Of a DNA stretch of 46,614 bases, positions 27,782 through 37,549 are shown piece after piece. Source of the stretch: an uncultured Nitrospirales bacterium (GTDB lineage Bacteria > Hydrogenedentota > Hydrogenedentia > Hydrogenedentales > GCA-2746185); the NCBI GenBank assembly GCA_964401695.1, contig CAYNZS010000002.1, forward strand, positions 1 through 46,614. The letters run 5' to 3'. The translations under genes were made by a program, and so were the position numbers. Each line of letters begins with the position of its first letter. The stretch's first letter is position 1. A model generated the notes under the pieces. The model was not told the origin of the DNA. It worked only from the letters and a program-made list of their open reading frames with translations, and did not search any database.

Positions 27782-28967
27782 CGCGAGAGGGCGCTACGGG
27801 GATTTCGGTGGACGCTACGTTCCCGAAACTCTGATGCCCGCACTGCAAGAATTGGAGGCCGTGTTCGAGGCCGCGCAGGGAGATCCCGTCTTTCAGGAAA
27901 CGTTGCGCCACTACGAGGCGACCTACGTGGGCCGGCCCACTCCTCTGTATTTCGCGGAACGGTTTACCGGGCATCTCGGCGGCGCGAAGGTCTATTTCAA
28001 ACGCGAAGACTTGGCCCATACCGGTGCGCACAAGATTAACAACGCGCTTGGTCAAGTGTTGCTGGCCAAGAGTATGGGCAAGAAACGCATCATTGCGGAG
28101 ACCGGTGCGGGTCAACACGGCGTCGCCACGGCTACCGCAGCCTCCCTCTTCGGGCTCGACTGCGAAGTGTACATGGGCACAGAGGACATGGAGCGCCAGA
28201 AGCTCAACGTCTTCCGCATGAGGCTGCTCGGGGCGAAGGTCGTCCCCGTCGCGTCGGGCAGCAAAACTCTGAAGGACGCCATCAACGAGGCGCTGCGCGA
28301 TTGGGTGACCAACGTAGGCGAGACCCACTACGTGTTGGGCACCGTTCACGGCCCCCATCCCTACCCAGTGATCTGCCGCGAATTCCAGAGGGTTATCGGC
28401 AAGGAAGCGCGCCGTCAAATTATGGAACAGGAGGGCCGCCTCCCCGATACGTTGATCGCGTGCGTTGGCGGCGGGAGCAATTCCATCGGCCTGTTCTACG
28501 AGTTCTTGGAAGATGCGGACGTGAAGATGATCGGTGTCGAGGCGGGCGGCACGGCTATCGAACCCGAGAAGCACGCCGCCCGGTTCGCGGGTGGCTCGCC
28601 CGGCATGCTCCAGGGCGCCATGAGCTACGTGCTCCAGGATGCCGACGGGCAGATTCAGGCGACGCATAGCGTTTCCGCGGGTTTGGACTACGCGAGTGTT
28701 GGGCCGGAACACGCCCACCTTCGGGCCATCGGCCGGGTAACGTATGACTATGCGATGGACGACGAGGCGCTCGATGCGTTTCAACTGGTCAGCCGCCTCG
28801 AGGGGATCATTCCCGCGCTCGAGAGTTGCCACGCGCTGGCCCACGCGATCAAAATCGTCCCCACCATGGATTCGAGCCAAGTCGCGATCGTGAACATGTC
28901 CGGTCGGGGCGACAAAGACGTCGACCAAGCGGCCAAGTTTCTTCTTTCCGAGGAGGATTCCGCTTGA
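27732..28967 (+). CDS. trpB: tryptophan synthase beta chain
   Basis: [16 protein letters not shown]...[18 protein letters not shown]...[12 protein letters not shown]...GGGSNSIG. It overlaps trpF by 50 nt. Confidence 0.95.
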   Translation: MSEHATSSETQKQPYPDARGRYGDFGGRYVPETLMPALQELEAVFEAAQGDPVFQETLRHYEATYVGRPTPLYFAERFTGHLGGAKVYFKREDLAHTGAHKINNALGQVLLAKSMGKKRIIAETGAGQHGVATATAASLFGLDCEVYMGTEDMERQKLNVFRMRLLGAKVVPVASGSKTLKDAINEALRDWVTNVGETHYVLGTVHGPHPYPVICREFQRVIGKEARRQIMEQEGRLPDTLIACVGGGSNSIGLFYEFLEDADVKMIGVEAGGTAIEPEKHAARFAGGSPGMLQGAMSYVLQDADGQIQATHSVSAGLDYASVGPEHAHLRAIGRVTYDYAMDDEALDAFQLVSRLEGIIPALESCHALAHAIKIVPTMDSSQVAIVNMSGRGDKDVDQAAKFLLSEEDSA

Positions 28968-29767
28968 ACCGCATCGACGAACGTTTCGCGCGGTTGAAAT
29001 TGCGGAGCGAGAAAGCGTTCATCCCGTTTATCACGGCGGGCGATCCGACGTTGGCGATCACGAAGGCCCTCGTGTTGGAGTTCGACAAGTCCGGCGCCGA
29101 TATCGTCGAGTTGGGTGTGCCCTTCTCCGACCCGCTGGCCGATGGTGTGGTTAATCAAGAAGCGGCGCAACGGGCCCTGAAGCATTATGTATCGCTGCGG
29201 CACATCTTGGCGATGGTCAAGGAGGTCCGCACGGACTCCGAAGTTCCCATAATGTTGTTCACGTACTACAACCCCGTGCTGGCCTATGGCGTCGAGGAAC
29301 TGGCCCGCGACAGCAAGAAAGCGGGCGTGGACGGTATCCTCTGCGTCGATCTGCCGCCCGAGGAAGCCAAGGAGTACATTGACGCCTTCGAAGGACGGGG
29401 CTTGGCGACGGTATTCCTCGCAGCGCCCACCAGCACCGAGGAACGGATCGAGATCATCGCGAAGAGCTCGTCGGGCTTCGTTTACTACGTCTCCCGAACC
29501 GGCGTGACAGGCGAGCGCGACTCGATGGAGAGCAGCATCAGTGGGATGGTAGCCAAAATAAAGGATCACACCGATCTTCCCGTGGCCGTCGGCTTCGGAA
29601 TCGCCAAGCCCGAACAGGCCGCCGAAGTGGGGGGCTACGCCGACGGCGTTGTCGTTGGCAGCGCGATAGTACGAATGATCGGCGAGCTCGGCGATTCGCC
29701 AGACACACCGCTGAAGGTGGGTGCGCTGGTGAAATCGCTTGCCGATGCCTCGAAAGGAAAGGGGTAA
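28964..29767 (+). CDS. trpA: tryptophan synthase alpha chain
   Basis: (TTG)[11 protein letters not shown]...[11 protein letters not shown]...[18 protein letters not shown]...[10 protein letters not shown]. The TTG start overlaps the trpB TGA (TTGA). The longer listed ORF from 28826 is an upstream extension inside trpB. Confidence 0.9.
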   Translation: MNRIDERFARLKLRSEKAFIPFITAGDPTLAITKALVLEFDKSGADIVELGVPFSDPLADGVVNQEAAQRALKHYVSLRHILAMVKEVRTDSEVPIMLFTYYNPVLAYGVEELARDSKKAGVDGILCVDLPPEEAKEYIDAFEGRGLATVFLAAPTSTEERIEIIAKSSSGFVYYVSRTGVTGERDSMESSISGMVAKIKDHTDLPVAVGFGIAKPEQAAEVGGYADGVVVGSAIVRMIGELGDSPDTPLKVGALVKSLADASKGKG

Positions 29768-29777
29768 TTCGGCCGCG

Positions 29778-30623
29778 ATGGATTTCGAACTGCCCGATAA
29801 CGCGCACACGCTATTTCTCGTTTTCAGTTTTGTTTTTGGCAGCATGATCGGCAGTTTCCTTAACGTGTGCGTCCACCGCCTGCCCTTGGGCCTCTCGGTG
29901 TTCAAGCCCCGATCGCGTTGCCCCAAGTGCGAGAACTCTATCGCGTGGTACGACAATATCCCGATGGTCAGTTGGCTGATTCTCGGCGCGAAATGCCGAA
30001 ACTGCGGCCAGCCGATCAGTTGGCAATACCCGCTCGTCGAGGCGATTACCGGTACTCTGTTTTTGCTCGTGTATTGGCGATTTGGCCTAACCCCGGCGAC
30101 GCCGATTTACATGGCGTATTGCGCGGCGATGGTGGTCGTCACCTTCGTGGATTTGACCGATTGGACGATACCGAACGAAATCACGTATCCGGGCATTCCT
30201 CTCGGGATTGGCCTATCGGTGGTTGCCATGGTGTATCCCGCGAGCGGCCTTCAATTCGACCAGCCCGTGTGGGCCATCGCCGCGGCTTTCGGAGCGGGCG
30301 GATTCCTCTATATGCTCGACAAGGCGAGCCTTGTTCTTCTCGGCAAAAGGGGCATGGGATTCGGCGACGTGAAATTGATCGCCATGGTCGGGGCCTTCTT
30401 CGGTCCTTGGGGGGCCGCCCTCACCATTGTGGTCGCCTCCGTCGTCGGAAGTGCCGTGGGGATTCCCATGATGATCGCGGATCGCCGAAAGGCAGGTCAG
30501 AGCGAGGGGACGTATCTGCCATTTGGACCCTACCTTTGCGTGGGGAGTTTGGTCGTCCTATTCTACGGTCGGCAGATTGTCGACCTGTACACTGGCTACT
30601 TGCAGGTACCGGGAGTTCTGTAG
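29778..30623 (+). CDS. pilD: prepilin peptidase (A24 family)
   Basis: GSFLNVCVHRLP...CPKCENSIAWYDNIPMVSWLILGAKCRNCGQPISWQYPLVE (four-Cys region). ...GFGDVKLIAMVGAFFG contains the second catalytic Asp motif. It starts 11 nt after trpA. Confidence 0.85.
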   Translation: MDFELPDNAHTLFLVFSFVFGSMIGSFLNVCVHRLPLGLSVFKPRSRCPKCENSIAWYDNIPMVSWLILGAKCRNCGQPISWQYPLVEAITGTLFLLVYWRFGLTPATPIYMAYCAAMVVVTFVDLTDWTIPNEITYPGIPLGIGLSVVAMVYPASGLQFDQPVWAIAAAFGAGGFLYMLDKASLVLLGKRGMGFGDVKLIAMVGAFFGPWGAALTIVVASVVGSAVGIPMMIADRRKAGQSEGTYLPFGPYLCVGSLVVLFYGRQIVDLYTGYLQVPGVL

Positions 30624-30626
30624 ACG

Positions 30627-31610
30627 ATGAGCGTAGCCGTGCCGATAGCCGAACGGTGCCGGGAATTGGGGATTGTGCCGATTCCCCTGCCGACGCACTT
30701 CCCCGTTGGGTCGGCGAATGTTTTCCTGCTGAAGAATGGACCGCTGACCTTGGTGGACACGGGCCTGAAGACCGACGAATCCCACGAGGCGCTTTCAAGA
30801 GCGCTTCGGGCGGAAGGCTGTGCCATCTCCGATCTCGAACGGATTTTCGTCACCCACGGCCATCGCGATCACATGGGGAATCTGGGTCCTCTTATGGCGG
30901 AATCCGGCGCGGAAAGCTACGGCCATCCGATCATCCGCGCGCACGGCATCGCGGGGCATGATGACGGCCTAGCGCGCAGGCAGTTCTATATCGGCATCCT
31001 TGAGGAGTTCGGGGTGCCGGAAGGCATTCGTGGGGAAGCCAATTCTCTGTACAACAAGTTCAGGCGGATGATCGAGCCTTTCCAGATCACTCACCCGCTG
31101 AACGATGGCGAAACCGTGGAAAATTTCGAGATCCATGGCGTGCCCGGCCATTCGCCTTCCGATGCCTTGCTTGTCGACCGCGAAATGGATTTCGCCGTCG
31201 TGGGCGACTACATCCTTACGGTAACGCTCCCCAATCCCTTGCTCCGCCGCCCGGAAAATGGCGAGGAGCGGGAGAAGGCCTTAATCGCCTACATCGCGTC
31301 CTTGCGCAAATCCCGCGAGCTCGGGCTCGGCCTGTGCTTGCCTGGCCATGGCGAGCCCTTCGACAATCCGACCGAGGTTATCGATGGAATCCTCGCGAAG
31401 CTGGAACGGCGCAACGCGACCATTCTCAAGCTGGTGGCAAGAGGGAAAGACACGCCTTATCTCGTAGCCAGGAGGCTCTTTCCCAGGTTGCCGGTCGAGA
31501 GCATTCACCTCGGGCTATCTATCGCGGTAGGGCATATGGAAGCCATGGAAGAAGATGGGCGTTTGAATCGTCATTTGCAGGACGGCGTACTGCATTTCAC
31601 GCCCGCGTAG
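30627..31610 (+). CDS. MBL-fold metallo-hydrolase
   Basis: The FVTHGHRDHMGN (HxHxDH) motif and the downstream ...GHSPSD.. and ..LPGHG.. metal ligands. Confidence 0.8.
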   Translation: MSVAVPIAERCRELGIVPIPLPTHFPVGSANVFLLKNGPLTLVDTGLKTDESHEALSRALRAEGCAISDLERIFVTHGHRDHMGNLGPLMAESGAESYGHPIIRAHGIAGHDDGLARRQFYIGILEEFGVPEGIRGEANSLYNKFRRMIEPFQITHPLNDGETVENFEIHGVPGHSPSDALLVDREMDFAVVGDYILTVTLPNPLLRRPENGEEREKALIAYIASLRKSRELGLGLCLPGHGEPFDNPTEVIDGILAKLERRNATILKLVARGKDTPYLVARRLFPRLPVESIHLGLSIAVGHMEAMEEDGRLNRHLQDGVLHFTPA

Positions 31611-31653
31611 CGCGAGACCCGGCTCGAATCTACAGAATCGGAGCGGCGAGCAC

Positions 31654-32727
31654 ATGGACCTTTCCAAGGCGGGGCTTCTGTCTTTTGACGAGGGCTACTT
31701 CGAGCGAATCTGGGGGGGGCGGAAGCTTGAAAGCATCTACGGGAAACCCTTGCCCGCCAGGAAGCCCATCGGCGAGACCTGGCTCGTCAGCGACCACCCA
31801 CAGCACACGAGCATCGTACGAGACGGCCCCTTCGAAGGCTACAGCCTCCGGGAGCTTTTGGAATCCGCCCCGCGAGAGGTATTGGGAACCCGGCCCAAGC
31901 CGGCGCGGCGTGGCCTTTTTCCGCTATTGCTGAAACTCCTCGATTCCTCGGACTATCTGTCGATTCAAGTGCACCCCAACGATCTGCAAGCCGAACGGCT
32001 CGGAGAGCCCGATGGGGGGAAGTCCGAAATGTGGCATGTACTTTCGTCCGCGGAATCGAGCGAGCTTATATGTGGACTGGCCGATGGGGTGACCGAGGAG
32101 CAATTCCATAATGCGATCAAGAACGGAAGCGCGGGCGATTTGCTCCGCCATCTCAACGTGTCGCCCGGAACATCCGTGTTTGTGCCGGCCGGAACCGTCC
32201 ATGCCATCGGCAAGGATATTGTGCTGGCGGAAATTCAACAGAATAGCGATGTAACGTACCGCGTCTACGATTGGGGGCGTGTGCAACCGGACGGTACGGC
32301 GCGCGAACTCCACGTAGAGAAATCGCTGGAGGTCAGCGCTTTTGGGACCACGCATCCGGGAGCCGCGAAACCACTCGGGCGGCGAGAAGCGGACGCCGAA
32401 TGGAGTGTCCTCGCGGCTTGCGAGTTTTTCGCGGCGGACCGGATCGCGCTCGACGGGGTGTTTCAACGGGACACGCGGCAGGAGTCGTTTCATCTGTTGT
32501 TGTGCGTCGATGGCGAACTTACCGTTACCGCGGAATCTGCCGGCCGGCTCGCGCTTCCTGGGGACGCGGCGATGGTTCTCGGCGCTTCGGGGCGCTACAG
32601 TGTCGAAGGGAGCGGTGCATTCTTGGATTATTACGTGCCAAATATCCGAGATGACATAATCGACCCACTCACGAACGTGGGCCACGGCCCCAACGCCATC
32701 GCATCCCTCGGGATCGGCGCGTGGTAG
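31654..32727 (+). CDS. manA: type I mannose-6-phosphate isomerase
   Basis: GETWLVSDHP...LLLKLLDSSDYLSIQVHPND...GKSEMWHVL...VPAGTVHAIG...EIQQNSDVTYRVYDWGR are the class I PMI cupin motifs. Confidence 0.85.
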   Translation: MDLSKAGLLSFDEGYFERIWGGRKLESIYGKPLPARKPIGETWLVSDHPQHTSIVRDGPFEGYSLRELLESAPREVLGTRPKPARRGLFPLLLKLLDSSDYLSIQVHPNDLQAERLGEPDGGKSEMWHVLSSAESSELICGLADGVTEEQFHNAIKNGSAGDLLRHLNVSPGTSVFVPAGTVHAIGKDIVLAEIQQNSDVTYRVYDWGRVQPDGTARELHVEKSLEVSAFGTTHPGAAKPLGRREADAEWSVLAACEFFAADRIALDGVFQRDTRQESFHLLLCVDGELTVTAESAGRLALPGDAAMVLGASGRYSVEGSGAFLDYYVPNIRDDIIDPLTNVGHGPNAIASLGIGAW

Positions 32728-32868
32728 GGTCGACTCGACGCGGATAGTTCCATTATGGAGCTATTCATGCAATACTTCACATCGTTGGCCACTTCATACA
32801 CAAGCTCCGTTTGAGGTAGAGGATTTATCTTTGGTTCTCGTTCACGGCGCTGACATTGGGGAAGAACG

Positions 32869-33468
32869 GTGATACGGCTGGACGACAAGCAGCTCGTCGA
32901 CCGAGGTCTGTCCGGTGAAACGAACGCCTTTGGCGAGCTCGTAAAGCGCTATCAAGGTAGCGTTTACGCGACTGCATTCTACTATGTTGGGCGTTATGGC
33001 GTTGCGGAGGATGTGGCGCAAGATGCGTTTTTTGCAGCCTATCGCGCGTTGGGACAGTTGAAAGATGGCGCGCGTTTCGGGCCATGGCTTAAGGCAATAA
33101 CGTGCCGGACCGCGGCGAATTGGCTGCGGCGCAATGCCGAGCGGATTAACAACGAAACGCCTCTGTCGTACCGGAGAACGCTTGTGCTGGAAGATGCCCG
33201 CGAGGGCCCGGCAAGCCACGCAGAAAGAAACGAAGTGGGCGAGCGAATTCAGCGGGCGGTGGACGCTTTGCCGGAACGGTACCGGCTGATTGTTATTCTA
33301 AGATATTTGCAGGAACTGAGTTACTCTGAGATCGCGGATTTTACGGGCGATTCGAAAGACGAAATTCGCGGCATTTTACAGAAGGCTGGACGAAAGTTGC
33401 GCGACTTGTTGTCAGAATGGGATTCATCCTCGGAAGGAGAGGGTCGATGGCATCCTGTACGCAAATAG
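32869..33468 (+). CDS. ECF-type RNA polymerase sigma-70 family factor
   Basis: Region 2 (FGELVKRYQGSVYATAFYYVGRYGVAEDVAQDAFFAAYRAL...FGPWLKAITCRTAANWLRR) and region 4 (LPERYRLIVILRYLQELSYSEIADFTG). GTG start. Confidence 0.85.
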   Translation: MIRLDDKQLVDRGLSGETNAFGELVKRYQGSVYATAFYYVGRYGVAEDVAQDAFFAAYRALGQLKDGARFGPWLKAITCRTAANWLRRNAERINNETPLSYRRTLVLEDAREGPASHAERNEVGERIQRAVDALPERYRLIVILRYLQELSYSEIADFTGDSKDEIRGILQKAGRKLRDLLSEWDSSSEGEGRWHPVRK

Positions 33469-34757
33469 ACGGCTTGCTTCAAGGTTACATCGACGGCGAA
33501 CTTGGCGCTTCGGAGCGCGTGATTCTTGAGCAGCACGTGTCCGAGTGCGCCACTTGCGCAGCGCTATTGAGGCGGCATCAGCGCAGTTCGGCTGCCTTGT
33601 TCGAGGCGTACTCCGGCGACCGGCTGACGCGTGATTTATCGGCGCAAGTCTTGGAACATCTTCCGGAGTTGGAGAGCTCGCGGGAGAACGTCGAAGACCT
33701 CAACTGGCGCGCAAAGCATCCTGGTTATTTCCATGGGCGGATGCGTCAAATTGTGCCGGCGGCCGCGGCTGTTCTACTGGTCGTGTTGGGCGCGCTGATC
33801 CGGGGCAATTGGCCCACTCCTCAGGCCTTGGCCGACCAGCAGGGAATTGTGGCCTATGCGCGGGGCGACGTGACCCGGATCGACGAACTCCTCAAAGAGG
33901 ATGACACCAACGTGGGGGCGGACGTGTTTCGGGCGGATCGTTACACAACGTTGAAAGGCTCGAACCTGATGCTGACGCTGGACGGCGCGACGCATGTCAA
34001 GATGGGGGAGAACTCGCGGATAAAGATAGATGACGCGCGAACGATTACGATTGAACAAGGCCAGGTCTATCTCGATGTTGGCAAGACCGACCGTGTTTTC
34101 CGGGCCTCGACCCCAACAGGGAATATCAGCGTTTTCGGAACCCGTTTCGGTGTGACCGTGTTAGACGATTTGACGATGGTCGCGGTCGAGGAAGGCCAGG
34201 TGCAGATTGACCACAAGGAATATGAGGCCTTCGCGACGTTGCGCCCTGGGCAAATCGTGAATTGCCGGCGCGGCGACGGGGTTCTAGAGCTCCGCGATGG
34301 TGATGTGACTTCGCTAACCCGGTGGGCAAAGTCCATCATGCCCGATTCCGACATGCTGACGCTGCTTAAGGAACGCTATCCCCGGGCGGGTGTGTCCGAT
34401 TCGGACGAGGCGAATCGCTTTCTGTACCGCGAGTTCCTTTTGAAAGATTTGAATAATCGGCACCTCGATTCGATCGTGTTCTCCTGGGAGCCGGATGCGG
34501 AGGATGCGGCAGATCATTGCGGCTACAACGTGTATGTGTACACGGACGCGCTTGAACCGATCTTTATGGGCCGGGTGAACGGCTCGGTGTTCTCCAATCC
34601 TCGGAGCGCGCGCTTCGAGTTGCTCAATGATTCGTTGAAGACCAAGACCTCCGGGTCGGGTTGGGTCCGGCTGGTTCCGGTTCTAACGGATGGTCTTCGG
34701 CAGAATGAAACCATAACCGTAGACGGAAGGACAGGAACGAATGACGAGTTGAATTGA
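33447..34757 (+). CDS. anti-sigma factor (zf-HC2 N-terminus, one TM, FecR-like periplasmic domain, uncharacterised C-terminal domain)
   Basis: MASCTQIDGLLQGYIDGELGASERVILEQHVSECATCAAL (H-x3-C-x2-C). TM VPAAAAVLLVVLGALI. FecR-like GSNLMLTLDGATHVKMGENSRIKI...GQVYLDVG...FRASTPTGNISVFGTRFGV. Shine-Dalgarno GGAGA upstream. It overlaps the sigma gene by 22 nt. Confidence 0.8.
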   Translation: MASCTQIDGLLQGYIDGELGASERVILEQHVSECATCAALLRRHQRSSAALFEAYSGDRLTRDLSAQVLEHLPELESSRENVEDLNWRAKHPGYFHGRMRQIVPAAAAVLLVVLGALIRGNWPTPQALADQQGIVAYARGDVTRIDELLKEDDTNVGADVFRADRYTTLKGSNLMLTLDGATHVKMGENSRIKIDDARTITIEQGQVYLDVGKTDRVFRASTPTGNISVFGTRFGVTVLDDLTMVAVEEGQVQIDHKEYEAFATLRPGQIVNCRRGDGVLELRDGDVTSLTRWAKSIMPDSDMLTLLKERYPRAGVSDSDEANRFLYREFLLKDLNNRHLDSIVFSWEPDAEDAADHCGYNVYVYTDALEPIFMGRVNGSVFSNPRSARFELLNDSLKTKTSGSGWVRLVPVLTDGLRQNETITVDGRTGTNDELN

Positions 34758-34774
34758 CGCTCTCTGAGAGCGTC
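34756..34774 (+). terminator. short hairpin overlapping the anti-sigma stop codon (weak terminator candidate)
   Basis: GACGCTCT-ctg-AGAGCGTC gives an 8-bp stem and a 3-nt loop. There is no clear T-run. Confidence 0.25.
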
Positions 34775-34834
34775 GTTAATCATCCAGATTCTAACCGGAA
34801 GAATCAAGAGCATGTGGGATGAGCCGTAATGCGG

Positions 34835-35026
34835 CAGACGAAGTCCACCACCTCAGACAACCCAGCGCAAGATGGCGAGAGGCTCGGCAACAAGTAGGAG
34901 CCCCAAAAAGGAGGACACCAGACGTCGGGGTCGTCTGATGTCCACCACCGTTGGTTCAGCCTATAGTGGGCTTGGCGGGCGAATGCCGCGCCCACAGGCT
35001 CAACCCAGCAGACGAAGTCTACCACC
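34835..35026 (+). repeat. three copies of a CAGACG...GTC(C/T)ACCACC motif in a long non-coding region
   Basis: Copy 1: CAGACGAAGTCCACCACC (34835-34852). Copy 2: CAGACG-[tcggggtCGTCTGat]-GTCCACCACC (34919-34949), with an internal CAGACG/CGTCTG hairpin. Copy 3: CAGACGAAGTCTACCACC (35009-35026). CAACCCAGC flanks copies 1 and 3. Confidence 0.6.
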
Positions 35027-35427
35027 AGATCTCGATCTGCGCAAGTGCGTTTTCATATTTAGCGCAGCTTTTCTACGTTTGCGCATTTGCGTGGATTCTT
35101 GAGAAGAACCTCTATTTTTGCCTCTGCAACCCACGAGCCCACGCCGGCTCTTCATCTGACTCTGTGCGCCCAAATCGCTCATGGCCGCTCTCCCCTGCCA
35201 GCATCTCTTCTTCCTTGTTCTTGGATGAGAGCCCCTGAATGCTTACGAAGAATTCATTTGGCCAACAAGAGAGCCTCCCTTGTTGGCTGCCACGCTGCCG
35301 TCTGCGGTTCTCGCTCTGTGAATGCCTGCTTTCGAATGAGTCTCTATCATAGCGACCTTCTCTGGCGTCGCGGTGGACAAGCGGTGAGACAGCCGAGTTA
35401 GCGCGCACCGTTTGGAGTATTCCGAAA

Positions 35428-35456
35428 TTGCAAGGGGACCGCAATCTTGGTAGAGT
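35428..35456 (+). promoter_or_regulatory. sigma70-like promoter candidate for the HtrA gene
   Basis: TTGCAA, 17 nt, TAGAGT. About 40 nt upstream of the ATG at 35496. Confidence 0.35.
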
Positions 35457-35495
35457 GGTGACCTTGTTGACTTTTCGACTAAAGAGGTGGGAGCA

Positions 35496-37532
35496 ATGTC
35501 GATGCGCAGTTGCGGAGGGCTGACGATAGCCGCTTTGGTCTGGATGGCTGTTCTTGCCGGGGGCGCGCCTGCCCAACAGATACCGGAATCGCTCCGCGAA
35601 GCGGTGGATCTGGCAGTAAGCAAAGTCAAACCTTCGCTGGTGCGAATCCATGTGGTATCGACCAGCTATCGTGAAGGCCGCGAGCTGAAGTACGAATCTT
35701 TCGGGAGCGGGGTCATCGTGACCGAAGAGGGGCATGTAGTAACGAACCATCACGTCGCCGGCCACGCGACGCGGCTGGTATGCACGATGTCGAACCGCGA
35801 AGAAATCGACGCCGAACTCCTCGGGTCCGACCCGTTGACGGACATCGCCGTCATCAAGTTGCTGCCGACCGATGGGCAAACCTTCACGGCGGCGCTATTC
35901 GGCGATTCCTCCCAGGTCCAGGTGGGCGATCATGTGCTGGCGATGGGCAGCCCGCAGGCGATTTCACAATCGGTGACCCTTGGCATTGTGAGCAACGCGA
36001 AAATGATCCTTCCGAGGCGCATGTTCGGGCGACTTGAGCAGGATGGCGAGGATGTGGGCGGGCTGGTTCGTTGGATTGCCCATGACGCTCAGATATACGG
36101 CGGAAACTCGGGCGGACCTCTGGTGGATACGGATGGCCGCATCATCGGGATTAACGAAATAAGCGTAGGTCTGGCGGGGGCCATCCCTGGGAACCTGGCT
36201 CAGAGTGTATCCTCGCAGATCATGGCGAATGGCCGCGTGGACCGCGGTTGGATTGGGCTCAGCGTGCGCCCCATGTTGAAGCATGGCGGGACCGATCGCG
36301 GCGCGTTTGTGCAGGGCACGGTCAAGGGCGCGCCAGCCGAAGAAGGGGGGCTCGAGTCGGGCGATGTAATCGTGCGCGTGGGTGGCGAAGACGTGAATGT
36401 GCGGTTCGAGGAAGACATTCCCGCTTTCAATGGATTGGTCGCGGGCTTGCCGGTGGATTCTCCTTCCCGCTTCGAGGTGTTGCGCTCGAACGAGGAACTC
36501 GCGCTTGAGATTACTCCCATTCTGCGCGAGAAGGTTCGGCCGCAGCAGCATGAGTTGAAGCAATGGGGAATCACGGGCCGGGATATCTCGTTCATCATGG
36601 CGAAGGAAATGAAACTCGACAGCCGCGACGGCGTTGTGGTCACGAGTATAGCCCCCGGCGGCGGCGTGGGCGAAGCGAAGCCGGCGATCATGCGGGGCGA
36701 TATCTTGGTCGAAGTGGGCGGCGTTCCCATTGCTGGCGTGGAAGACCTCAGGCGGGTGACGGCGGAATTGACCGAGGACAGCGAGAAGCCGGTGCCTGTG
36801 CTGACGAATTACGAACGGCGGGGCGGCGCGTACATTACGGTGGTGAAGGTAGGCGTGAAGGATCTAACGGATCCGGGTATTGAAGTGCGCAAGGCTTGGC
36901 TGCCGGTCGAAACGCAAGTGATTACACGCGATATCGCCAAACAGATTGGCAAAGAGGATCTACGTGGATTTCGTTTGACGAAAGTGTTTCCCGATACCAA
37001 GGCGGAAGAGGCCGGTTTGAAGGTGGGAGATTTCGTGACCGCTGTGGATGGCGAGAGGCTGATGGCTTCGGCGCCTGAACATTACGAGGAGTTGCCGACG
37101 CTGATCCGCAGTTACCGCGCGGGCTCGCTGGCGGAGTTGACGCTGCTGCGCGGCGATGAGCAATTGAAGGTTGAAGTCGAATTGGCCCGCGAGCCCAAGC
37201 CGATGCGCGAGATGCAGAAATACCGTGAAGAGCAATTCGAGTTCACGGCGCGCGATGTGAGTTTCGAGGATCGCACGAATGCGCAATTGGATAACGATGT
37301 GGGCGGCGTTCTCGTCGTGGAGGTCAAGCCGGGCGGATGGGCCGCGCTGGGGTCGCTTCATGTGGGCGATCTTATTCGCGAAGTCAACGGCCAAGCGGTG
37401 TCGGACTCGGCGTCGCTCGGCGTGATTCTCGAGAAGACGCTGGCGGAGCGCCCCGCTTCGGTGGTTTTCAAGGTGCGGCGCGGGATCTACACGGTGTATG
37501 TAGAAGTTGAGCCACAATGGAGTGAGGACTAA
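35496..37532 (+). CDS. HtrA/DegP-family serine protease with multiple (three to four) PDZ-like domains
   Basis: Catalytic triad context GHVVTNHHV, DIAVIKL and GGNSGGPLVD. Downstream PDZ-like blocks each contain a G-D-x-I/V motif (SGDVIVRVGG, RGDILVEVGG, VGDFVTAVDG, VGDLIREVNG). Signal-like N-terminus. Shine-Dalgarno AGAGGTG 6 nt upstream. Alternative GTG start at 35487. Confidence 0.85.
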   Translation: MSMRSCGGLTIAALVWMAVLAGGAPAQQIPESLREAVDLAVSKVKPSLVRIHVVSTSYREGRELKYESFGSGVIVTEEGHVVTNHHVAGHATRLVCTMSNREEIDAELLGSDPLTDIAVIKLLPTDGQTFTAALFGDSSQVQVGDHVLAMGSPQAISQSVTLGIVSNAKMILPRRMFGRLEQDGEDVGGLVRWIAHDAQIYGGNSGGPLVDTDGRIIGINEISVGLAGAIPGNLAQSVSSQIMANGRVDRGWIGLSVRPMLKHGGTDRGAFVQGTVKGAPAEEGGLESGDVIVRVGGEDVNVRFEEDIPAFNGLVAGLPVDSPSRFEVLRSNEELALEITPILREKVRPQQHELKQWGITGRDISFIMAKEMKLDSRDGVVVTSIAPGGGVGEAKPAIMRGDILVEVGGVPIAGVEDLRRVTAELTEDSEKPVPVLTNYERRGGAYITVVKVGVKDLTDPGIEVRKAWLPVETQVITRDIAKQIGKEDLRGFRLTKVFPDTKAEEAGLKVGDFVTAVDGERLMASAPEHYEELPTLIRSYRAGSLAELTLLRGDEQLKVEVELAREPKPMREMQKYREEQFEFTARDVSFEDRTNAQLDNDVGGVLVVEVKPGGWAALGSLHVGDLIREVNGQAVSDSASLGVILEKTLAERPASVVFKVRRGIYTVYVEVEPQWSED

Positions 37533-37549
37533 CCGGGAGAGGGTTAATA

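Noticed and set aside
34835-35026. The repeated ...GTCCACCACC ends might be tRNA or tmRNA 3' (CCA) remnants or att-site copies.
   Set aside because: No T-arm (GGTTCGAnTCC-like) or acceptor-stem complement precedes any copy. No integrase or other mobile gene is nearby.
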